Shown: positions 1-9,381 of the stretch, piece by piece
Layout: each line of letters opens with the position of its first letter
Numbering within the stretch: position 1 is the stretch's first letter
NCBI GenBank assembly: GCA_013607635.1
Contig: VCAY01000003.1
Coordinates: 1 to 61,536, forward strand
Direction: 5' to 3'
DNA: 61,536 bases
DNA from: Campylobacterota bacterium
GTDB lineage: Bacteria; Campylobacterota; Campylobacteria; Campylobacterales; Sulfurimonadaceae
The notes under the pieces: model-generated
The model's input: the letters and a program-made list of their open reading frames with translations, nothing else
The model's database searches: none
What the model was told of the DNA's origin: nothing
Program-made: the position numbers and the translations under genes

Positions 1-75
1 ATTTAGTTGATTATTATCTTGTGAATTATAAGAAAAAGTAGAAAAGTAAGCACCCATTTTTTTAATTAAGTCGTT

Positions 76-972
76 TTATTCAAAGATCTGTTGTTGCAAA
101 GTAGATTGCAACTCAAGCTCCAAATCCAGCAACGACAAAGGCAGATCAAAGTGTTCTATCTTTACAAAATCTTTAAAGGTTACCAACAAAGAGGAGGTTG
201 CATCTTGTTTGAGAATGTTTTCTAACTCCTCTTTGGTAAAAGTGTGATGATCTTCAAAGTAGTGTTTTGCTACAACGCCCTCAGGCAGATATTGCTCAAC
301 TCTTTGCGGTCTTGCGATGGCGGTAACAAAACTCATCTTTTTTGTAGGGTTTATCAGCTCTGTTTTTCTTACAAAATCAACCCCCTCTTGCACCACTACT
401 GCCTCTTTGCCTCGCCATAGTCTCTCACGATAAGCTCCGCTTGGAAGGCAAAAATTGTTTTTTGTCGCTACATCGATGAGAATATCGCGTTTTTTGATGG
501 AGTGTTTGGAGTATCCATCATCCAAAAAGATCGTTTTTGCCCCCATCTCTTTAGCCTTTTGAATCCCCTTTGTGCGATCTTCACTTACAATCACAATCGC
601 TTTAGGAAGCTTTTTGGCATAGATCATCGCCTCATCGCCACTTTGTGTGACATCGACAAGAATGTTGTGTTGATCTTTGACAACGACCATCCCTTTGGAG
701 TCTCTGCCATACCCACGAAGCACGATCGCAACATCTTTTTTATTTTGAGCTAGAGCTGTTACAAGTGGTGTTTTGCCACTACCACCTACGATCAAGTTGC
801 CAACACTGATGATATCGACCCCAAAATCTTGCTCTTTTGCCATTTTATAACGAACCCACATCACAAAACAATACAAAAGGCTTAAAGGGTAAAGTAAAAA
901 GGAGAGAAGTTTTTGCAAAAAAGTTGGGTTGTAGAGATACCCCTCAACCCAAAACACAAGTTCTTTTTTCAA
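76..972 (-). CDS. lpxK: Tetraacyldisaccharide 4'-kinase
   Basis: ISVGNLIVGGSGKTP P-loop, LRGYGR, GDEA, LDDG and LPSGAYRE motifs of LpxK; TTG start. Confidence 0.95.
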   Translation of the reverse strand: MKKELVFWVEGYLYNPTFLQKLLSFLLYPLSLLYCFVMWVRYKMAKEQDFGVDIISVGNLIVGGSGKTPLVTALAQNKKDVAIVLRGYGRDSKGMVVVKDQHNILVDVTQSGDEAMIYAKKLPKAIVIVSEDRTKGIQKAKEMGAKTIFLDDGYSKHSIKKRDILIDVATKNNFCLPSGAYRERLWRGKEAVVVQEGVDFVRKTELINPTKKMSFVTAIARPQRVEQYLPEGVVAKHYFEDHHTFTKEELENILKQDATSSLLVTFKDFVKIEHFDLPLSLLDLELELQSTLQQQIFE

Positions 973-2097
973 TTACACTCTTGTTTTAGCGATATTTTTT
1001 ACCGCTTCAATCACACGCTCAACCTCTGCATCACTCATCTGTGCATAGATCGGCAGTGAAAGCACTTGCTGGTATGAGCGAAGCGCTACAGGAAAGTCGT
1101 TGATACGCAACGAGTATTTTGACTTGTAGTAGCTTAAAAGATGCAGTGGGATATAATGCACACCGGCGATGATCCCCTCTTCTTTAAGCTCAACGGCAAA
1201 CGAGTCACGGTTTTTATCGATCTTGATAATATAAAGAGAAAACGGATGCTCCTCATTACTCATATCTGGGATCGTTATATGTTCAACTCCATCTAAAGCT
1301 GCAGAGTACCTTTTTGCGATCTCTTGTTGTCTAACTATCGCATCGTCTTGCTCTTGAATTTGTGCTCGAATATATGCTGCATTGAGTTGTGAAAGGGAGT
1401 AGTCATTGCCAATATCCACCACATCGTAAATATACTCCAAAGCATCCTTATCACGCACCATAGCATGGTTTGCAAGCAGTCTTGCACGCTCCATAATCTC
1501 ATCATCATTCGTTACAAGCATCCCACCGTTACAGATATTTTTTCTTAGATGTGGAGAGAAGTTAAAGCAAACAATATCAGCACCCGTTGAGCCGATCTTT
1601 TGCCCCTTGTATGTCGCACCTAGCGCATCACAGGCATCCTCTACAATCTTGACATTATAAAGATTGCCCATATTGTAAACTCTCTCAAGATCAACCGTCG
1701 TACCACCAACATGTGTAACAATTACCGCTTTGAGTTTTTTTGACTTGTTATCCTCAAGATATGCCTCAAGCTTATCAAGGTTCATCGTATAGTCAACATC
1801 ATTGATATTGATAAAGACAGGCTCCGCATCGAAATGGCGAACCACTTCAGGAACATTTGGATGAGCATTGACTGAGCACACCACCTTATCACCACGTTTA
1901 AGATCAAGTGCAAGCATCGCTAAATGCAATGCAGAGGTACCATGCGAAGTTGCCAACGCATAATTGGCACCGACATAATCGGCAAACTCACTCTCAAGCT
2001 CTGCAACCTGATCGATATCTTCACCATCGAGCGCATCACTTACATTGGAGTGAGCCTCTCTACTGCTTTCGTATTTACTAAATGGGATCAACTCCAT
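973..2097 (-). CDS. DegT/DnrJ/EryC1/StrS family aminotransferase-like protein
   Basis: GTSALHLA, IVEDAC-ALG, GGMLVTND, GVHYIPLH and LSLPIY motifs; the PLP-lysine region is atypical (see findings). Confidence 0.88.
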   Translation of the reverse strand: MELIPFSKYESSREAHSNVSDALDGEDIDQVAELESEFADYVGANYALATSHGTSALHLAMLALDLKRGDKVVCSVNAHPNVPEVVRHFDAEPVFININDVDYTMNLDKLEAYLEDNKSKKLKAVIVTHVGGTTVDLERVYNMGNLYNVKIVEDACDALGATYKGQKIGSTGADIVCFNFSPHLRKNICNGGMLVTNDDEIMERARLLANHAMVRDKDALEYIYDVVDIGNDYSLSQLNAAYIRAQIQEQDDAIVRQQEIAKRYSAALDGVEHITIPDMSNEEHPFSLYIIKIDKNRDSFAVELKEEGIIAGVHYIPLHLLSYYKSKYSLRINDFPVALRSYQQVLSLPIYAQMSDAEVERVIEAVKNIAKTRV

Positions 2098-2107
2098 CTT
2101 CTCTCCT

Positions 2108-2914
2108 TTAGAGTGTTATATCTCTTGGATAGTTAAAGTCATGTCCAAGTGTTCTTGATGTCAGCTTGGCAATCACCGGCATCTTTCTTTTAAAATGGTT
2201 TCTAAAAATACGGCTAATGATCATATCGAGCATCTTTGCATCTATTCCTCTGGCTATCACTGCATCGCGACTTAATCGCTCATCGACATAGAGTTTCATC
2301 GCACCATCTAACTGCTCGTAAGTATAACCCAAATCAGCTTCATCACTCTGCCCTGCCCACAGATCGGCTGATGGTGGCTTTTCGATGATACATTTTGAAA
2401 CACCAAGATAGCGAGCGAGTTCAAACACTTCACTTTTGTACATGTCACCTATTGGATTGATCGCACTTGCTAGATCTCCGTAGAGTGTTCCATACCCAAG
2501 CATCAACTCACTTTTATTGCTCGTGCCAAGCACCAAAGCATCCTCACGCGCAGAGATATCAAAAAGTGTCGCCATACGCAGTCGTGCAGAAACATTTCCC
2601 TTGCGCAGATTGTCCATATCACTATGAAGTTGCTCATACGCTCTGAGCATCAGCTCGATCGAGTGCGTTTCATTGCGTAAGCCAAAATCTCTGCACAACT
2701 CGTCTGCATCATCGAGTGAACTTTGTGAAGAGTAGTGTGAAGGGATCTTGATGCACAAAAGATCATCCCCAAACACTTTTTGTGCAAGTACTGCCACCAC
2801 GGCAGAGTCTAACCCGCCACTCAGTCCAACGACAACTTTTTTCAGACCCGTCTTGGTTACTTCATCTTGCAAAAAAGCGACAAGATAGTCTGTGATCTGT
2901 GCATATTTTTTCAT
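2108..2914 (-). CDS. nadE: NH3-dependent NAD+ synthetase
   Basis: VVGLSGGLDSAV, GN-SARLRM, GTSNKSE, GYGTLYGD, KPPSADLW. Confidence 0.96.
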   Translation of the reverse strand: MKKYAQITDYLVAFLQDEVTKTGLKKVVVGLSGGLDSAVVAVLAQKVFGDDLLCIKIPSHYSSQSSLDDADELCRDFGLRNETHSIELMLRAYEQLHSDMDNLRKGNVSARLRMATLFDISAREDALVLGTSNKSELMLGYGTLYGDLASAINPIGDMYKSEVFELARYLGVSKCIIEKPPSADLWAGQSDEADLGYTYEQLDGAMKLYVDERLSRDAVIARGIDAKMLDMIISRIFRNHFKRKMPVIAKLTSRTLGHDFNYPRDITL

Positions 2915-2920
2915 GCTGTA

Positions 2921-2926
2921 ATTATA
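2921..2926 (-). promoter_or_regulatory. -10 box (TATAAT) of nadE, predicted leaderless transcript
   Basis: Perfect TATAAT on the minus strand, 6 nt upstream of the ATG at 2914; no SD in between. Confidence 0.55.
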
Positions 2927-3000
2927 AACCTTTAAAAACTATTAATGATTTAAATTATAACTAGTTTTAGTTAATAATATTTTTTTAAGGATCTAACCTT

Positions 3001-3819
3001 TTAACAAACCTCTTTATTTGCCATCTGCTTAAGTTCGTTACATGTAAAGCCGGCTTCTTTTCTGGCTTTTATATTTAGATCATCTGGGCGCAGAAAACCT
3101 CTTGGGTAGTACCTGTAGATGATCTCAAAGTAGATGCTTTGCGGTTTATTTTGCTGCTTGCAAGCATAGCGAAACCACCTGTCCCCTTTTTTGACATGAT
3201 CGATCTCTTCAGCAAGTATGATATATAATTTCTCTTTGATCTTCTGTAAAAACTCCACTCTTGGGTAGTTTTGCAGTTTTTGCAGTATCATCGGTGTGGC
3301 ATCAAGCCCATTTGCCTCAAGATATCTCGGCACTACCGCCATACGCTCCAAAAAGGAGTGTTGCGTTTTTTGACTCGCTTCAAACAAAGAGTTATGCACG
3401 GCAACATCACCATACTTTGCCCCAAGTTCTTCTAAAAGAGTGTGGAGCATCTTAAAGTGGCGCACCTCATCATCTGCCACCTCTAGCCAGTCATCATAGT
3501 ACTCTTTTGGCAAGCTTTGAAATCTGTACGCCGCATCAAGAGCAAGATCGATCGCAGAGTATTCAATATGCGCAACAGCATGCAGCAGATTGATCTGTCC
3601 CTCTTTCGTGGTAAGGTTGGAGCGCTTTGGAACTTTTTGGGGTGCAACTACCGTGCAAAACGATTCATAAGAGGGTTTTGTAAAATCGATAGGAGTGTAG
3701 CTTTTTTCAAACTCTACTTCACCCTTTTTGTAAGCCTTATAAAATTTCTTAAAAAGCTCTATCTTATGATTTGGCGTACCAGCCAGTAAAACTAACTCTA
3801 ATTCTTTATAAAAATTCAT
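3001..3819 (-). CDS. Ferritin-like domain protein (DUF455 family)
   Basis: LHAVAHIEYSAIDLA, DEVRHF, LEANGLD and EEIDHV-KGDRWF di-iron-type motifs. Confidence 0.88.
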   Translation of the reverse strand: MNFYKELELVLLAGTPNHKIELFKKFYKAYKKGEVEFEKSYTPIDFTKPSYESFCTVVAPQKVPKRSNLTTKEGQINLLHAVAHIEYSAIDLALDAAYRFQSLPKEYYDDWLEVADDEVRHFKMLHTLLEELGAKYGDVAVHNSLFEASQKTQHSFLERMAVVPRYLEANGLDATPMILQKLQNYPRVEFLQKIKEKLYIILAEEIDHVKKGDRWFRYACKQQNKPQSIYFEIIYRYYPRGFLRPDDLNIKARKEAGFTCNELKQMANKEVC

Positions 3820-3829
3820 AGTGTAATGA

Positions 3830-3838
3830 TGCTATAAT
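3830..3838 (+). promoter_or_regulatory. Extended -10 promoter (TGcTATAAT) of the MBL hydrolase gene
   Basis: Exact TGnTATAAT 15 nt upstream of the ORF. Confidence 0.6.
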
Positions 3839-3853
3839 CGCGCTAAAAAAGAG

Positions 3854-4453
3854 ATGAAAATGAGAATAAACGTACAACCCATGGGAGCGTATCAAACCAA
3901 CTGTTACATCGTCACAGTTGATGGCAAAGATTTTATCATCGACCCCGGTGTTGGAGCAACACAGTGGGTCAAGGACAATATCACCAACCCTGTAGCGATC
4001 TTGAACACTCATGGGCATTTTGATCATGTATGGAGCAATGCAGAGTTGCAAAAAGAGCTAGGTGTCAAACTCTACACCCCACAAGGTGATGTGATGCTAC
4101 TAAAAAGCAGTAATTGGATGCCAGATCTGCCACCCTCAACACCCGATGTCGAAGTTGTGGGTGATGAAGAGTTTGATTTTGATGGTGTTAAAGTGAAATT
4201 TCGCCACTTTCCGGGTCACTGCCCTGGGTGTAGCACCATTGAGATAGGTGATGCGATGTTTAGTGGAGATTTTATCTTCGAGCAAAGCATTGGACGCACC
4301 GATTTTCCTTACTCAAATCCCAATGATATGAAACGATCTTTAGAAAGATTTAAACAACTCAATTACGACAAAACAATCTACCCAGGTCATGGTAATACAA
4401 CCACAATAAAAAAGGAGCAACGTAACGCAGATTACTGGATAAAGATGCTCTAA
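3854..4453 (+). CDS. MBL-fold metallo-hydrolase (glyoxalase II-like)
   Basis: THGHFDH, PGH-PG, FSGDFIF, GRTDFP, PGHG. Confidence 0.92.
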   Translation: MKMRINVQPMGAYQTNCYIVTVDGKDFIIDPGVGATQWVKDNITNPVAILNTHGHFDHVWSNAELQKELGVKLYTPQGDVMLLKSSNWMPDLPPSTPDVEVVGDEEFDFDGVKVKFRHFPGHCPGCSTIEIGDAMFSGDFIFEQSIGRTDFPYSNPNDMKRSLERFKQLNYDKTIYPGHGNTTTIKKEQRNADYWIKML

Positions 4454-4456
4454 GGA

Positions 4457-4966
4457 TTAGTCATCCTTTGGGGTTCCACTGTTTTGTGCTTTCCCATCTT
4501 GAAGGAGTTTGAGCTTAAGAACATGTTTCTCAGTTACTACCGTTTTAAACTCCCCCTCAAACACCTTGACATCCAAAACCGATGCTGTTACATGCACATT
4601 GCGTTTTCGCCCCTCTTTATGCCTAACACGCGCGATCACATGCACCTCATTATGCAGTTTTACGGGGGAGAGAAACTGACAATCAACTGCCACTAGCACA
4701 ACATTGCGCTCATTAACTGCAAGCATCGCTGCATAATCAGCCGCACTAAAGATAAACCCACCATGAATCAGCCCAACATCATCAGCAAGCATATCGATCG
4801 TCGTCGTGAGTCGAAGCTCGATATAACCAACCTCCATCACAACAATCTCACCACTAAACTCCTGGTTGATCCTCTCATGTGTTTTGATCAGAACCTGCTC
4901 TGACCCACGATACTCCTCAACCTCAGTATCCGTCTTCTCTTGGTGAAGTTTTATCTGCTCAGCCAT
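4457..4966 (-). CDS. PaaI-family hot-dog fold thioesterase
   Basis: GLIHGGFIFSAAD motif, FLSPV. Confidence 0.8.
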   Translation of the reverse strand: MAEQIKLHQEKTDTEVEEYRGSEQVLIKTHERINQEFSGEIVVMEVGYIELRLTTTIDMLADDVGLIHGGFIFSAADYAAMLAVNERNVVLVAVDCQFLSPVKLHNEVHVIARVRHKEGRKRNVHVTASVLDVKVFEGEFKTVVTEKHVLKLKLLQDGKAQNSGTPKDD

Positions 4967-5868
4967 TATCTCTTTTCCTTCCTCTTTTTAACTAGTCTCA
5001 CATACACTCTTTGTGGTGCAGGGTAGCCTTCCACCGTTTTACTTACATCTTTGGGGTCTAAAAAATCTTCCAGCGACTGCCCCTCGATCCACTCCGTTTT
5101 TCTCTGCTCACCCACATCAGTTACAGAGGTCTCAAGCACCTCAAAACGCTCAAATCCTGCTCGAAGGCACCAGTTTTTCAAAGCTACAATTGTTGGGACA
5201 AAGTAGATGTTTGGTATCTTGGAATAGCTACCTTTTGGACAAAGTGCCATCTCCTCTTTGCCATCAATGTAAAAAGTATCCAAAATCACTTCACCCTCAC
5301 TCTCAAGCCCTCTGTAAAGAGATTTAAGCATTGAGACCGGATCACTTCTGTGGTACAACACCCCAAGACAAAAGATCAGATCAAACTTTTGCTCATAAAA
5401 CTCCAGATGCTCCACACCCAAAAGCTCATAAACAATGTCGGTTTTTGCAAAATGGTTGATAAAATCAAACTGCGTTTTATATAGCGGTGAGGGATCAAAA
5501 CCCACTAAAAGTTTCGGCTCATCCTCTTGCATACGAAACATATAGTAACCATTGTTGCACCCTATATCGGCAACTTTTTTATCTTTTAAATCAAAATGTT
5601 TTCGGATGAGATTATACTTGATGTTGCTTTTCCACTCCGCATCGATAAAAACATCACCAACTTGAAATGGTCCTTTTCTCCAAGGCATCATCATTTTTGC
5701 CGTACTTAAAATCTGCTCATGAGGCAAATCTGTCTTTATTTTTATCACATCACCATAAACAACATTACACGTAACATCAGGCAGACTCTCTAACGCTTGA
5801 CGCAAGGGAGCAATATTTTTCCAAGTAAGCCACTTTTGTCGCTCTTGTTTTATCTCTTGTATATCCAT
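4966..5868 (-). CDS. cmoB: tRNA U34 carboxymethyltransferase
   Basis: [39 protein letters not shown]. Confidence 0.95.
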   Translation of the reverse strand: MDIQEIKQERQKWLTWKNIAPLRQALESLPDVTCNVVYGDVIKIKTDLPHEQILSTAKMMMPWRKGPFQVGDVFIDAEWKSNIKYNLIRKHFDLKDKKVADIGCNNGYYMFRMQEDEPKLLVGFDPSPLYKTQFDFINHFAKTDIVYELLGVEHLEFYEQKFDLIFCLGVLYHRSDPVSMLKSLYRGLESEGEVILDTFYIDGKEEMALCPKGSYSKIPNIYFVPTIVALKNWCLRAGFERFEVLETSVTDVGEQRKTEWIEGQSLEDFLDPKDVSKTVEGYPAPQRVYVRLVKKRKEKR

Positions 5869-5932
5869 TTAAGCTCTACACTTCAAAAGTTTTTGTACAA
5901 TTGTAACCAAATATCTTAAGGATAAAGTTAGA

Positions 5933-6826
5933 ATGAGATTAGAGAAAAAAGCAACCGTTGTCTCCACTTCGGTTGCAGCACTTTTGGTGCTTTTTAAGAT
6001 GAGTGTCGGGATTTTCAGTGGCAGTATCGCCGTGTTAGCCTCTGCAATCGATAGTCTGCTTGATCTTACCGTTTCACTCTTTAACTATTTTGCTCTGCAC
6101 AATGCTGAAAAAGATCCTGATGAAGAGTTTCATTTTGGCAGAAGCAAACTAGAACCTCTTGCTGCAGTGATTGAGGGGAGTATCATCTCTATCTCTGCAC
6201 TGTTTATTTTATATCAGGCGATCCACAAAATTCTCTACCCAACAAAGATGGAGTATATGGCTGTATCGATCTATGTAATGGTTGGATCGATCATCATAAC
6301 AGCTCTTCTTGTAGCCTTTTTACTCTATGTTGCCAAAAAAACCAACAATATGGTGATCCGCGCAGATGCCCTGCACTACCAAACAGACCTCTATACCAAC
6401 GCAGCGGTACTGATCGCACTTGGAGTTGTTGCCTACACCGGTGAGAGCATCGTTGATCCTATTCTCGGTCTTGGGATTGCGATATATATGATCTACTCGG
6501 CATACCCTATTATCAAAGAGGGGATTTTGATGCTGTTAGATGTGGCACTCCCTGCAGAAGATGTAGATAAGATCAAAAAGGTGATCGAAGAGGAGCCAAT
6601 TATCACAGATTATCACTACCTAAAAACACGAGAGTCAGGATCGCATGTTTTTATCTCATACCATCTCGTTTTCAATGTCACCATATCCCTCTACGATGCC
6701 CATATAATAGCCGATAAGATCGAAGCCAAGGTCAAAGCACTTTTTCCTGAGAAAAAAGTACATATCCTTACCCACATGGACCCTTACGATGACGCCGAGA
6801 TCAATGAGGATGAGGAGGAGTGGTAG
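5933..6826 (+). CDS. Cation diffusion facilitator family transporter
   Basis: AIDSLLD, FHFG, ADALHYQTD, six hydrophobic helices, C-terminal H-DP. Confidence 0.92.
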   Translation: MRLEKKATVVSTSVAALLVLFKMSVGIFSGSIAVLASAIDSLLDLTVSLFNYFALHNAEKDPDEEFHFGRSKLEPLAAVIEGSIISISALFILYQAIHKILYPTKMEYMAVSIYVMVGSIIITALLVAFLLYVAKKTNNMVIRADALHYQTDLYTNAAVLIALGVVAYTGESIVDPILGLGIAIYMIYSAYPIIKEGILMLLDVALPAEDVDKIKKVIEEEPIITDYHYLKTRESGSHVFISYHLVFNVTISLYDAHIIADKIEAKVKALFPEKKVHILTHMDPYDDAEINEDEEEW

Positions 6827-6847
6827 GGCTAGTTGAAGTTGGCACTG

Positions 6848-7564
6848 CTATTTTTTACGCGCAATAAAAAGTGTCGAGATATCCATTGAGAAACTTTGTG
6901 TGTAGGAGATCTCAAAACCTGCTTTTTCAAGTTCTGTTTGCATCCCATCAATTGTCACAAAGTTCTCGATTGAATCTGGCAAGTAGGTGTAAGCTTCCAA
7001 GTTTTTTGAAATCATTCCACCTACATAAGGCAAAATCTTGTGCATATAAAAATCTCTAATCTTATCTAAGAGAGTTTTTTTTTCTTGCTTCATAAACTCC
7101 AAAATCACTACCAAACCACCCTGTTTCAATACACGGTTAAACTCGTAAAATGCCTCTTGACGCTCCATAACATTTCTAATGCCGTAAGTGATACTAATGA
7201 TATCACTGCTTGCATCTTCAAGGGGAATCTCTGTAGCTTTTGCGGTGTGAAAAGAAAACTGTGGCAATTTTTTCTTTGCAACTTCCAACATCCCCTCGGA
7301 AGGATCAACCCCTACAATCTCTTTGAGTGTGATGTCCGCTTTTTTTGCCTGTTTATCCCAGTGAAGCATCATATCACCTGTACCACACGCCACATCTACG
7401 ATGCGATCAATCTCTTTTTTATCAAGATACCTAAACGCAAGATCACACGCTTTTTTTCTCCATGTGATATCAACCCCCATACTCATCACACGATTTGCCG
7501 TGTCATAAGTTGGTGCAATATCATCAAACATCGAGACAATTTTTTCCTGTTTTTCACTACTCAT
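6848..7564 (-). CDS. ubiE: Demethylmenaquinone methyltransferase UbiE/MenG
   Basis: MFDDIAPTYD, DVACGTGD, YGIRNV, AYTYLPDSI; start moved to the ATG at 7564 after AAGG. Confidence 0.92.
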   Translation of the reverse strand: MSSEKQEKIVSMFDDIAPTYDTANRVMSMGVDITWRKKACDLAFRYLDKKEIDRIVDVACGTGDMMLHWDKQAKKADITLKEIVGVDPSEGMLEVAKKKLPQFSFHTAKATEIPLEDASSDIISITYGIRNVMERQEAFYEFNRVLKQGGLVVILEFMKQEKKTLLDKIRDFYMHKILPYVGGMISKNLEAYTYLPDSIENFVTIDGMQTELEKAGFEISYTQSFSMDISTLFIARKK

Positions 7565-8573
7565 TATCAACCTTTTTCATCCACAATATTATATCTTCGC
7601 CGACTTTATCTGCTTTTAAAATTCTCAATTGATCCTTACTTTGTGCAAATATGAGCTTGCCGCCAAATTTTGGTGCCACAAAACAAAGATAAAGATCAGT
7701 TACCTCTTTGGTAAGTTCATACATTGACTCGCCACCCTCTATCATCACATGGTGATACTCATTAATTTTTTCTAAATTATCAGCGATAAATACCCGTCTA
7801 TTTGGTACATTAAAAAGGGGAATGGTGGTGTCAAACTCTTTTTGTTTGGAGAGGATCAAAACATCGGGTGCTTTGCCACCGACAAGCCTTGCATCAAGCG
7901 TTGGGCGATCAACTCTTACCGTATTGCCACCGATCACTAAAAGATCACACACATCACGCATCTTATGCACTAAAGTTTTTGACGCGCCACATGTAATGCT
8001 GCCATCATCGAAGGTACCATTCAGCCTTTGCGCCCACTTGAAAAACACAAATCTACCTTCAATATATTTTTGAAACGGGATCAAAAGCTCTTTGCACCCT
8101 TGCGCCATAACGTTACATGTAACATCAACCTTAGCCTCTTCTAAAATTTTGATGCCATTAGCTGCTTCGCTATTAAAATCGTTTGCACCCACAACAACAC
8201 TTTTTAGATGCAGCGATACTAAAAGATTTGCACATGATGGTGTTTTACCATGGTGCGAGCAAGGTTCAAGCGTTGTATAAAGAGTGCAGTTTTGAAAAAT
8301 ATTGTTATGATTTTGTAAAAGGTAATCGTGGATATCGGCAGATGCTTGTAACTCTAAGATGGTAGCATCATTACTGAGTTTTGCATACGCTTGTTGTAGG
8401 GCTAAAACCTCTGCATGAGCTTCACCCGCTCTTTGGTGTGCAGCAACTGCCAAGACCTCGCCATGCTCACCTACAACGCAACACCCAACTGCAGGGTTTG
8501 GGTAGGTTAAAAGTTGAAACTCCCACGCTTCATCCAAAGCGAGTTTCATATAAAAATTATGATCTATTTCCAT
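7557..8573 (-). CDS. ribD: Riboflavin biosynthesis deaminase/reductase
   Basis: PNPAVG, HAE, TLEPCSHHGKTPSC, IEGG. Confidence 0.95.
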   Translation of the reverse strand: MEIDHNFYMKLALDEAWEFQLLTYPNPAVGCCVVGEHGEVLAVAAHQRAGEAHAEVLALQQAYAKLSNDATILELQASADIHDYLLQNHNNIFQNCTLYTTLEPCSHHGKTPSCANLLVSLHLKSVVVGANDFNSEAANGIKILEEAKVDVTCNVMAQGCKELLIPFQKYIEGRFVFFKWAQRLNGTFDDGSITCGASKTLVHKMRDVCDLLVIGGNTVRVDRPTLDARLVGGKAPDVLILSKQKEFDTTIPLFNVPNRRVFIADNLEKINEYHHVMIEGGESMYELTKEVTDLYLCFVAPKFGGKLIFAQSKDQLRILKADKVGEDIILWMKKVDNE

Positions 8574-9016
8574 TCAAAGTAAGTTTTCGCTTTTTTGATC
8601 GCATCGAAGTTGATAGTAAACTTTTCATGTTCATCTTCAAAAAGAAGTTCATTGCCGTTAACTTCTAAAAGTTTTGCTTTGATTTTATCATTTTCAGCCG
8701 TTGTAAGGGCAATATTTTCCCCGACAGATTTACCAAAATGATCAAGTGTGGTCAGTTTTCGCTCCAACCCCGGTGAGCCAACCTCCAAGCGGTACTCACC
8801 AGAAACCGGAGGGGTAACATCTAAAAGGGGTGAGAGAAGATGGGTAAGCTCTACACACGCATCGAGTGTCACACCTTTACGCTTACCATCTTCCAATTCG
8901 CTTGACACAACAGCCACACGGTAGATCGTCTCACCAAATTCAGAGACAACCGATGCATCGTAAAGCTCCAAGCCGACAGATTTTACCAGTGATTCGATAT
9001 CGTTTTGTAAACTCAC
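8564..9016 (-). CDS. rimP: Ribosome maturation factor RimP
   Basis: YRLEVGSPGLERKL; follows rbfA. Confidence 0.93.
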   Translation of the reverse strand: MSLQNDIESLVKSVGLELYDASVVSEFGETIYRVAVVSSELEDGKRKGVTLDACVELTHLLSPLLDVTPPVSGEYRLEVGSPGLERKLTTLDHFGKSVGENIALTTAENDKIKAKLLEVNGNELLFEDEHEKFTINFDAIKKAKTYFEWK

Positions 9017-9381
9017 ACATCTTCCTTGTCTGTATCTTTAGAGATCTTTTTAAAAAGCTCTTCGATCATTTGTGTCTTTTTAAAATGTTCATCAAACTCA
9101 AAAGCGAGTTTCGGAGAGCGAAACCACCCCTGATCTTTCATGCAATAATCTTCGATGATTGGTCTTGCTTTTTTAATCTGCTTTAAAAGTACTCTTTGCT
9201 CCTGCTCCGAAAAGTAAGAGGGATCAAGATACACCTTTGCATCGCTTCTTCCACGTGAACAACGAACATCTACCACACTAAGCTCATGGAGTCTTGCATC
9301 ATCGAGTTGCGAAAGTGCTTCTGGGATCAGCTCTAAAAGAACCGACTCTGTACGCTTGAGTTTAATCTGTGCTTCGGTCAT
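9013..9381 (-). CDS. rbfA: Ribosome-binding factor A
   Basis: Size, DAKVY and PKLAFEFD motifs; directly after infB. Confidence 0.92.
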   Translation of the reverse strand: MTEAQIKLKRTESVLLELIPEALSQLDDARLHELSVVDVRCSRGRSDAKVYLDPSYFSEQEQRVLLKQIKKARPIIEDYCMKDQGWFRSPKLAFEFDEHFKKTQMIEELFKKISKDTDKEDV

